Shown piece after piece: positions 17,515 to 25,182 of a stretch of 64,000 bases of DNA (its first letter is position 1; the number at the start of each line of letters is the position of its first letter). The translations under genes were made by a program, and so were the position numbers. The notes beneath the pieces were generated by a model that did no database searches, was not told the DNA's origin, and was given only the letters and a program-made list of their open reading frames with translations. This DNA comes from Gemmatimonadota bacterium. GTDB taxonomy: Bacteria; Gemmatimonadota; Gemmatimonadetes; Gemmatimonadales; GWC2-71-9. Location: assembly GCA_003222205.1 (NCBI GenBank), contig QHVC01000044.1, forward strand, positions 2,510 through 66,509. Reading direction: 5' to 3'.

Positions 17515-18521
17515 GCGCGCACCCCCTCGCGCGCCCAGGCCATCGGCAGCACCGTAGCCCCGGCGGCGCGGGCCGCCGCCACCGCGGGCCGCGGGTCGTC
17601 GCCCGTGAGGAAAAACATCGTCCCCCCCGCGCCGGCACCGGCTGCCTTCCCGCCCAGCACCCCGGCCCCGGCCATCGCCGCCTCGAGGCGCGCCATCTCC
17701 TCGGTGCGCATCTCGGGATCGAGCTGCTGTTGCCGCTCCCAGTTCTCGCTGAGCAGGGCGCCGACGCGCGCGAAGTCCGCGGCACGGAGCGCTTCAGCCA
17801 TGCCCTCGGCGAGGTCCTTCATAGCGCGCAGGGCGCCGGTGACGCCGCGATCGCCCCGCTCGTACGCCGCCATCACCCGCGCGATCGTGTCGCCGGAGAC
17901 GCGAGAGTGTCCCGTGTAGCCCAGCACGGTCCTCCGCTCCAACGCGGCCGCGAACGCCGCATCGAGCGTGACCGGTTCCACGCCCACGTCGGGATCGCGG
18001 AACGTCAGGCGGTTGACGCCTCCCAGCGCCGCGGCAAACTGGTCCTGTTTGCCCCCGGGAATCCCGGCCTCATGCGTCTCGAGGTGCCAGCCGTGCTCGG
18101 CGGCCTCCCGCGCCTCGAGCCGCTCCTGGCGCGCCGCCGCCAGCACGGCGATGAGCGCGACGTCGAGCGCCCCCGACGTCCCGAGCCCGGAGCCGGGCGG
18201 CGCGTCCGCGCGCGTGGTGAGCGTGAAGCGGCCGGTGACCGGAAACATTCGCAGGGCCGCCTTATGGAGGTTCAACCGGCCGTCGAGCACCAGTCCGCCC
18301 GAGTCGGCGCACTCGAGCTGTTGCCCCAGGTCCTCGGCCACGAGGCGGATCAACGTGCCGCCGAGTGTGAGCTCCGCATGGGCGCGCAGGCCGATGGTCG
18401 CGTTGACGACCACCCCGCCCTCTCGCGACGAGAACGGCGGCACGTCCGTCCAGCCGCCGGCGAGGTCGAGGCGCACCGGCGCCTCGGCGCGGTACGTCGT
18501 CGGCAGCTCGCGACGTCTCAC
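17508..18521 (-). CDS. GHMP-family sugar kinase
   Basis: APVRLDLAGGWTD and the GHMP motif PPGSGLGTSGALDVALIAVL. GTG at 18521 forms a GTGA overlap with the upstream stop. The ORF-track extension to 19415 lies inside the binding-protein gene. Confidence 0.75.
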   Translation of the reverse strand: MRRRELPTTYRAEAPVRLDLAGGWTDVPPFSSREGGVVVNATIGLRAHAELTLGGTLIRLVAEDLGQQLECADSGGLVLDGRLNLHKAALRMFPVTGRFTLTTRADAPPGSGLGTSGALDVALIAVLAAARQERLEAREAAEHGWHLETHEAGIPGGKQDQFAAALGGVNRLTFRDPDVGVEPVTLDAAFAAALERRTVLGYTGHSRVSGDTIARVMAAYERGDRGVTGALRAMKDLAEGMAEALRAADFARVGALLSENWERQQQLDPEMRTEEMARLEAAMAGAGVLGGKAAGAGAGGTMFFLTGDDPRPAVAAARAAGATVLPMAWAREGVRAW

Positions 18522-19960
18522 GGCGCGATCCACCAGCGGCTCAGCGTCCCGAGCTCGCCCCGCAGGTCCATCGTCACGCCTTGCACGCGCCGGTTCATAC
18601 CGTTCACGCCGCGTGCGTGATACAGCCACGCCACCGGCAGGCGCTCCGCGAACAGCCGCTGCGCGGCAGTCGGGTCGCGCGGCACGGGAATGCCGGTCAG
18701 GTCGCCCATCGGTTGCAGGTAGCCGAGCCCGGGGTCGCCGGGGAGGCTCATCACCGCCGCCTGGAAGTCGTGGCGCGGCCCGTACACACGGTCGTTGAAC
18801 GCCGACAGCTCGAGCAGGCGGATCGAGACGTCGAAACCGACGGCCGCGAGCCGCGCCTGGAGCATCTGTTCCAGCGCGCCCTCGCCGCTCCCCACGCTGA
18901 GCATCTCGAAACGCGGCCGGCGGCCCGCGAGCAGGGCGCGCGAAGAGTCGGGCGCGGTGGGTAACCGGGGGACGGAGAGATACTGCGGCAGGAGCGGGGG
19001 CACGGGACCATCCGCGATCGACGCGAACCCGAACGCATAGCCGTCGACGATCTCCCGGCGGTCGATCGCCAGCGCGGCGGCAAGACGCACCTTGGGGTCG
19101 TCGAACGGCGTGCGCCGCGTGTTGAACACCAGACCGTACGGGAGGATCATGGGGTAGTCGAGCACCGCCAGGTCCGGGTCGCGGCGGACGTAGGCCGTGT
19201 GCGCGGCGGTGATGCCGGCGAAGTCCAACTCCCCCGCGACCAGCGCCGCGAGCTTGGCCGTGGGCTCGTCCACCACGACGACGATGAACCGCTGCAGCCG
19301 TGGCGGCCCGCCCAGCGCCGCGGGAAAATCCGGGTTCGCGACGAACACCCAGCGGCGATGCGGCTCGTGGGTGACGAAGCGGAACGGTCCGTTCCCAATG
19401 GGACGCGCGTTCCACGCCGCCTCGCGCAGGCGGGCGTGCGGGACAGAGTCGAGCAGGTGCGCCGGGAGAATCGCCAGATCCGTGAGCACGTCGGGGAAGC
19501 CGCGCTGCGCCTCGCCGAACCGGAGCACGACCGTGGACTCGTCGGGCGCGCGCACGGCGGCGATCGGCGCGACGTCATTCCAGCGAGGGTATCCCGTCAC
19601 GGAGTCCCGGGCCGCATCGAGCGTCCACGCGACGTCCCGCGCGGTCGTAAGAGCGCCGTCGTGCCACCGGACGCCGCCGTGCAAGTGCAGGGTCAGCTCG
19701 CGCCGATCCGGCGACCACTGCCACGCTCGGGCGAGGTAGGGACGCGGCGTCATGGTGGAGTCGTAGCGGGCCAGCGTGGTGAGGAGCGCGAACTTCTGCA
19801 CCTGCCGGGCCAGCGGATGCTGGCCGACCAGTGGGTTGATGCTCTGGAGATCGGCGCCGGACGCGAACAGCACGGTCGCGCCGCGACGGGCGGCGCCGGC
19901 GGCGCCGCACCCCCACAGCCCCGCGAGCGCGAGCAGCGTCCCGGCCGTCCGTCGTCGCAC
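18518..19960 (-). CDS. ABC transporter substrate-binding protein, family 5 (peptide/oligosaccharide/nickel type), lipoprotein
   Basis: Lipobox LLALAGLWGCG. Also RWHDGALTTARDVAWTLD, GNGPFRFV and VVVVDEPTAKLAALVAGELDFAGI, typical of DppA/OppA-like SBPs. GTG start. Confidence 0.85.
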   Translation of the reverse strand: MRRRTAGTLLALAGLWGCGAAGAARRGATVLFASGADLQSINPLVGQHPLARQVQKFALLTTLARYDSTMTPRPYLARAWQWSPDRRELTLHLHGGVRWHDGALTTARDVAWTLDAARDSVTGYPRWNDVAPIAAVRAPDESTVVLRFGEAQRGFPDVLTDLAILPAHLLDSVPHARLREAAWNARPIGNGPFRFVTHEPHRRWVFVANPDFPAALGGPPRLQRFIVVVVDEPTAKLAALVAGELDFAGITAAHTAYVRRDPDLAVLDYPMILPYGLVFNTRRTPFDDPKVRLAAALAIDRREIVDGYAFGFASIADGPVPPLLPQYLSVPRLPTAPDSSRALLAGRRPRFEMLSVGSGEGALEQMLQARLAAVGFDVSIRLLELSAFNDRVYGPRHDFQAAVMSLPGDPGLGYLQPMGDLTGIPVPRDPTAAQRLFAERLPVAWLYHARGVNGMNRRVQGVTMDLRGELGTLSRWWIAP

Positions 19961-20005
19961 GCGTGGATTCTAGCGGCGCGGGGCGGGCCGCGCGAGATTC
20001 GCCCG

Positions 20006-20983
20006 ATGCTGCGCATGCTGTGGCAGCGCGCGCTCGTCGGGGTTGCCGTCGTCACCGGCGTCGTCACGCTCACCTTCCTTCTTCTCCACGCCGCACCCGG
20101 CGATCCCGCCGAGCGGCTGCTCGGACCCGCCGCCGCCCCCCAGCAGGTGGAGGCCGTCCGCCATGCCCTGGAGCTCGACCGCCCCCTGACGGTGCAGTAC
20201 GCGAGCTGGCTCCGCCGCTTCGTCCGCGGCGATTGGGGAACGAGCATCACCACGGGGCGGCCGGTGGGTGCGATGCTGCGCGCCGCGTGGCCCGCGACGG
20301 CGCGCCTCGTGGCGCTGTCGCTGCTGCTCTCGTACGCGCTCGGATTGCTCGTGGGCGCGGTCCAGGCCGCGCGTAGCCGCGCGCGTCTCGATACCACGCT
20401 CTCCGTGGCGACCGTCACGCTCTTCGCCCTCCCCGGCTTCTGGCTCGGCCTGATGCTGATCATGGTGTTCACCTACTGGCTGCGTGTGTTGCCCGCCTTT
20501 GGAGCCGCCGGCATGGACGCCGATTTTCTCAGCGGCTGGGCGCGGATCGCCGACCAGCTGCGCCATCTCGCGCTCCCGCTGCTCACCCTGACGCTCATCG
20601 GCGTGGGCGGCACCGCGCGCTTCGCGCGCGGCGCGATCCTCGACGTGCTGGCGCAGCCGTTCGTCGCGGCGGCCCGCGCGAAGGGGGTGTCCGAGTCGCG
20701 CGTGCTCGCCCGGCACGTGCTCCGTAACGCGCTGGGCCCAATGCTCATCCTGCTCGGCCTGTCGCTCCCGGCCCTGTTCTCGGGCGCCGTGCTCGTCGAG
20801 ACGGTGTTCGCGTGGCCCGGCGTCGGCCGGGTGATGGTCGAGGCGGTTCAGAGCCGGGACTACCCGGTGGTGATGGCCGCGACCGCGGTGAGCGCGCTGC
20901 TCGTCGTGGCGGGGAACATCCTGGCCGACGTCCTCGCCGCGTGGGCCGACCCGCGCGTGCGCGGCGCGGCGCGGGAGGCGTGA
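20006..20983 (+). CDS. ABC transporter permease (DppB/OppB-like)
   Basis: Starts MLRMLWQRALVGVAVVTGVVTLTFLLLHAAPGDP at ATG 20006. The ORF-track start 19199 is a spurious extension antisense to the SBP gene. Confidence 0.85.
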   Translation: MLRMLWQRALVGVAVVTGVVTLTFLLLHAAPGDPAERLLGPAAAPQQVEAVRHALELDRPLTVQYASWLRRFVRGDWGTSITTGRPVGAMLRAAWPATARLVALSLLLSYALGLLVGAVQAARSRARLDTTLSVATVTLFALPGFWLGLMLIMVFTYWLRVLPAFGAAGMDADFLSGWARIADQLRHLALPLLTLTLIGVGGTARFARGAILDVLAQPFVAAARAKGVSESRVLARHVLRNALGPMLILLGLSLPALFSGAVLVETVFAWPGVGRVMVEAVQSRDYPVVMAATAVSALLVVAGNILADVLAAWADPRVRGAAREA

Positions 20984-21822
20984 TGCGACTCCGCGATCCC
21001 CGCGCCCTGTTCGGGCTCACCGTCCTGGCCGCCGTGGCGATCGCCGCCATCGCCGCGCCGGTCGTCACCGCCGGGAATCCCAACGCGCAGCGCGATATCG
21101 TCGCCACACGGTTCCTCCCCCCGCTCACCGCCGATCTCCATGGGACGTTCCACCCACTGGGGACCGACCGCTTCGGGCGCGACGTGTGGACCCGGCTCGT
21201 CTACGGGGCTCGCATCTCGCTCGGCGTCGGGCTGCTCGCCGTGGTGATCTCGGTGGCGATCGGCACCGCCGTGGGCGCGGCGGCGGGCTACCTGCGCGGC
21301 TGGCCCGCCATGGGACTGCTCGGCTTCACCGATTTCGCCCTCGCCCTCCCCCGGCTCGTGCTGCTGCTGCTGCTCGCCGCCCTGTGGCAGCCGAGCGCCG
21401 CGCTGGTGGTCGTGGTCCTGGGCCTCACGGGGTGGATGCCGATCGCGCGCTTGGTGCACGGCGAGGTCCGGGGCCTGGCGGTCCGGCCGTTCGTCGAAGG
21501 GGCGCGGGCGCTCGGCGCCAGGCGCGCCCGCGTGCTGTGGCGGCACATCCTCCCCAATGCCCTGACGCCCGTCATCGTGGCGGCGGCGCTGGGTGTCGGC
21601 AACGCGATCTTGCTCGAAGCCAGCTTGTCCTACCTGGGACTGGGGGTCCAGCCCCCCACGGCTTCGTGGGGAAGCATGATCGCTTCAGGGCGCGACACCC
21701 TGGTCAACGCTCCGTGGGTCGTCACGGCGCCCGGCCTCGCGCTGGTGCTCGTCGTGGTCGCGTGCACGCTCCTGGGCGACGCCCTGCGCGATGCGTTGGA
21801 CCCGGGGGCCGCGAAGCGTTAG
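20983..21822 (+). CDS. ABC transporter permease (DppC/OppC-like)
   Basis: Starts MRLRDPRALFGLTVL with a TGATG overlap on the upstream stop. Also GTDRFGRDVWTRLVYGARISL and the EAA-like loop ARALGARRARVLWRHILPNA. Confidence 0.85.
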   Translation: MRLRDPRALFGLTVLAAVAIAAIAAPVVTAGNPNAQRDIVATRFLPPLTADLHGTFHPLGTDRFGRDVWTRLVYGARISLGVGLLAVVISVAIGTAVGAAAGYLRGWPAMGLLGFTDFALALPRLVLLLLLAALWQPSAALVVVVLGLTGWMPIARLVHGEVRGLAVRPFVEGARALGARRARVLWRHILPNALTPVIVAAALGVGNAILLEASLSYLGLGVQPPTASWGSMIASGRDTLVNAPWVVTAPGLALVLVVVACTLLGDALRDALDPGAAKR

Positions 21823-22502
21823 CTGTCCGCCAGCCGACGCAGTGCCGACGCTTCGATTTCGTGGCCGCCCTCGAACACCTGCGTTCGGAACGGAATCGCC
21901 CGCTCCGTGAGCCGCCGCTCGATCCCGGCGAGCACCTTCGGCGTGATGTACGCGTCCTGCTTCCCGGTCACGATCGTGGTGCGCAGTCGTTTGAATCGTT
22001 GCTCCGCGGCGACGAGGTCGAGATCCGGCGGCAGCTCACCGCCCCACAGCACCAGGTCGTCGAGGCGCGCCGTCCCCAGCGCCGCCCAGCGGCTCACCGT
22101 GGCCGCGCCCTGCGAGAACCCCAGCGCCCGGATGCGGACCTCAGCCGCAGCGCCGCGAACGACCTCCGCATGGACCGCGTCCAGGTATTTCACGTAGTCC
22201 GCGATCTCGTTGAGCCGGTCCTCACGCGTCATCCACGTCGCGCCGACCGGCTGTTCGCGATGCTGCCCATCGCCCACGTAGAATCGCGACAGTCCTTCAG
22301 GCGCCACCACGACCCGCGGGCCGTCCGCAATCGGCTCGAACCGCTTGAGGAACCGCGCGGCCAGCTGCCCGTATCCGTGGCACACGAACCAGATCTCCGC
22401 CGCCTGTGAGGGATCTCCCAGGACGAAGTAGCGTGCGCTTCGCGCAACGCTGATATGTCGCTCGCTTGGTTCATTCCGCATTCCGCACTCCGCATTCCGC
22501 AT
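21819..22502 (-). CDS. Alpha/beta-hydrolase (phospholipase/carboxylesterase-type esterase)
   Basis: WFVCHGYGQ, the nucleophile elbow LGFSQGA, and C-terminal FEGGHEI. ATG 22502 overlaps the GH38 stop (TAATG). The first 11 codons are encoded by the heptamer array, and a second in-frame ATG lies at 22481. Confidence 0.7.
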   Translation of the reverse strand: MRNAECGMRNEPSERHISVARSARYFVLGDPSQAAEIWFVCHGYGQLAARFLKRFEPIADGPRVVVAPEGLSRFYVGDGQHREQPVGATWMTREDRLNEIADYVKYLDAVHAEVVRGAAAEVRIRALGFSQGAATVSRWAALGTARLDDLVLWGGELPPDLDLVAAEQRFKRLRTTIVTGKQDAYITPKVLAGIERRLTERAIPFRTQVFEGGHEIEASALRRLADS

Positions 22503-22506
22503 TACG
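22472..22506. repeat. Tandem heptamer array CATTCCG x5 (= CGGAATG on the coding strand) at the GH38/esterase junction
   Basis: cattccg cattccg cactccg cattccg cattacg. The last unit contains the GH38 stop and the esterase ATG (TAATG). Confidence 0.9.
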
Positions 22507-25129
22507 TGATCTGGATAGTGACGATCTCGTACGGCTTCGCCACGAACCGCAGGGTGCGGCCGCGGTGCTCGAGGACGAGCGCCTGGGACTCCCGCTCGTC
22601 GGCGCGCACGCGGTGCGCCGTCCGGACCCCTTCAGTGAAGCGCCACGCCCCGGCCGTTTCCCGGTCCGTCGCGTTGTAGCAGCGCAGCACGAACCCCGAG
22701 CCGTTCTGCGCCGGCTTGACCGCGGAGAGAATGAGCCCCGTCCCCTCGAGGACGATCTCCCCGCCCAGGATCGCCAGTGGCCCGGCGTCCCGCAGCCAGC
22801 GCCCGCGCACCGGAAGAAATGCGTCCTCCCAGTGCTCGGTGATCCGGTCGCCGCGCTCCAGGTCCTCCGCCGACACCGGCACGATGGCCAGCTCGATCCG
22901 CTCCGGTCCGAGGCACTGGGCGCCCGGCGTCGCCGTCGGCCAGCCGGCGTGCCCCCGGCGCGCCGGCAGATCGCCGCGGGAGAGCTGGCCCACGGCGCGG
23001 AGCAGCGTCACGAGCAGATCCCCCCCGGGCGTCCACTCGTACTCGAAGAACCCCGGAGCCAGGATCGCGAGGCCGCGCTTCCCCTCGGCCGCGGCGACGA
23101 AGCGGTGCGCCGGGGCCGTGCGCACGGGAGTCTCCAGCGGAAACTCCGCGGGATCCGCCGTCACGGGCAGCCGCGGCTCGAGCCCGAAGGCCGCTCCCGC
23201 CAGGGCGGGCACGCCGGATAACGCCGTGGGCACGCGTGCGCGCAGGCGGTGATCAGTCGCACCGTTGTCGAGATGCAGGATGCAGCGAATGATAGGGCTG
23301 TCGGCGTGCAGGACCACCACGAGCCGAGCGGCGTACTGCCGGCCCTGGGTCCAACGCGCCTCCAGGGCGGCGACCAACGGCCCCGCCGCGAGCCGCCGGA
23401 CGGCGATCGGCCCCGTGCTCCGCCGGAGGCGGTCGTGCACGGGCGGGCAGTAGGTGTAGGTGTCGCCGGCATCGCCGCCGTCCTCCAAGCGCAGCACGTC
23501 GAAGAATCGCTCGCCGCTGCGGCGATCGTGCAGCGCCAGCGCCCCCGTCGCTTCGAACGTCACCTCGACGAGCCGGTTTGTGAGCGTGCGGCCCCGAGCG
23601 TCGACCCGATCCGCATCCGACATCCGCACCGGCCCAACCACTGTGAGGGCCGCGCAGCCCAGACCGGGCACGGGGGGCGCGCGAAACGCCACGCGCACCC
23701 CGTCCACCTCGTCCTGGTCGGGATAGTGGCGGGTCGCGTCGCGACGCTCGAGCGCCTGGCGTCGGTCCAGCACCTGCACCGGAATCGGCCGCCCGTCCAA
23801 GCCCGCGAGCGCGAACGCGCGGTACCCCGGCCCCACCCTCGGCTGCCGGCCCGCCGGGGCGCCTACGACCACATCGCGACGGAAGAACTCGGCGTCGGCG
23901 ATCACCACGCCGCCCCGCGAGCGCGCCGCGGGGTTCCACAGCACCAGCGCGGGCGCTGCGTCCTCCGCGCGCTCGCGGGCCGCGTCGGGATCGTGACCCG
24001 CCAGCTCGTCGAGGGATGCCCGCGCGACTTCCTGGGCATAGCTCTCCACCGCGGCGAGCCGGATCTCCGTTTCGGCTGCCACCGTGTCGCTCACGCAGCC
24101 GCCGATCGTGTCGTGGAACTGGCAGGCGAGCAGGGTACGCCACGCGGTCTCGAGCAGCGGCCGGCGGTCCGCGCCGCCGCGGCGCCGGGCCAGTGCGGCG
24201 AGCGGCTCGGCGTGACGCTCCAGCCACAGCTCCGCGCGGGCGTGGCGGCGTTTCTGCGGCGCGCGCGTCCCGTGCACGCCCTGCAGCGTCCAGGCGTAGC
24301 GATACGACCAGCGCAGCTCTCCCGCCAGCGGCGCGGCCTTCGCGGTGTCGGCCGCGGCGAGCGAGAGGAATTCATCGAGCCGGGAGATGCGCACGGCGTA
24401 GTCCGGCTCCAGCGCCGCGAGCAGGTCGCGCAGGCGCGGCAGCTCCGGGTGCGCCGCGTGGTGATCCGCGCCGACGAACACCGCGACGTGTTTCGACGCC
24501 GCCCGCGCGACCAGCGCTTCGCGTACCGGCGGCCATGCCACGGCCAGCCGCTCCGCATCCGCCGGGAGCGCCGCGCCGATCTCGTAGCCCTCGGGGGACA
24601 GGTGCCACACGATCGCTTCCTGGCCGTCGCGCCCGCGCCAGCGGTACAGGTCGCGCTCCTGTCCCGGCTCCCCGCCGAGCCCGCGCCACAGCACGCCGGC
24701 GCGGATGCCGAATTCCCGCGCCAGGCTCGGCCAGACCGCCGGGTGCCCGAACGCATCGGGGGAGTACAGCGCTTCGCTGCGCCCGCCCCAGTGGTCGGCA
24801 TCGGCCGCACCGAGGAGCAGGTTGCGCACGAGCGACTCCCCGGACGGGATCTGCTCGTCGGCCAGAACGTACCAGGGTCCCACCTGCAGGCGGTTGGTTT
24901 TCACCAGGGCTTTGACGTCGGCCTCGCGGTCGGGCCGGGCGCGCACATAGTCCTCGAGCAGGATCGTCTGGCCGTCGAGGAGGAAGCTGCGGTAGGCGGG
25001 GTCGGCGGTGAGGCGCGTGACGAGGTCGTCCAGCGCCGGCACGAGGCGCGCGTGGAGCGCCGCCCGCGGGAGATACCACTCGCGGTCCCAGTGGGTGTGG
25101 GCGATCAGGTGAAAGACGAGGCTGCTCAT
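22502..25129 (-). CDS. Glycoside hydrolase family 38 (alpha-mannosidase-like)
   Basis: N-terminus MSSLVFHLIAHTHWDREWYLP, then YVLADEQIPSGESLVRNLL and SPDAFGHPAVWPSL: the GH38 catalytic-domain pattern. 875 aa. Confidence 0.85.
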   Translation of the reverse strand: MSSLVFHLIAHTHWDREWYLPRAALHARLVPALDDLVTRLTADPAYRSFLLDGQTILLEDYVRARPDREADVKALVKTNRLQVGPWYVLADEQIPSGESLVRNLLLGAADADHWGGRSEALYSPDAFGHPAVWPSLAREFGIRAGVLWRGLGGEPGQERDLYRWRGRDGQEAIVWHLSPEGYEIGAALPADAERLAVAWPPVREALVARAASKHVAVFVGADHHAAHPELPRLRDLLAALEPDYAVRISRLDEFLSLAAADTAKAAPLAGELRWSYRYAWTLQGVHGTRAPQKRRHARAELWLERHAEPLAALARRRGGADRRPLLETAWRTLLACQFHDTIGGCVSDTVAAETEIRLAAVESYAQEVARASLDELAGHDPDAARERAEDAAPALVLWNPAARSRGGVVIADAEFFRRDVVVGAPAGRQPRVGPGYRAFALAGLDGRPIPVQVLDRRQALERRDATRHYPDQDEVDGVRVAFRAPPVPGLGCAALTVVGPVRMSDADRVDARGRTLTNRLVEVTFEATGALALHDRRSGERFFDVLRLEDGGDAGDTYTYCPPVHDRLRRSTGPIAVRRLAAGPLVAALEARWTQGRQYAARLVVVLHADSPIIRCILHLDNGATDHRLRARVPTALSGVPALAGAAFGLEPRLPVTADPAEFPLETPVRTAPAHRFVAAAEGKRGLAILAPGFFEYEWTPGGDLLVTLLRAVGQLSRGDLPARRGHAGWPTATPGAQCLGPERIELAIVPVSAEDLERGDRITEHWEDAFLPVRGRWLRDAGPLAILGGEIVLEGTGLILSAVKPAQNGSGFVLRCYNATDRETAGAWRFTEGVRTAHRVRADERESQALVLEHRGRTLRFVAKPYEIVTIQIT

Positions 25130-25182
25130 CGGCGAGCAAGGTTGCCCTTCCCCAGCCCCCGGCGCCAGGGGATATTCGCCCC

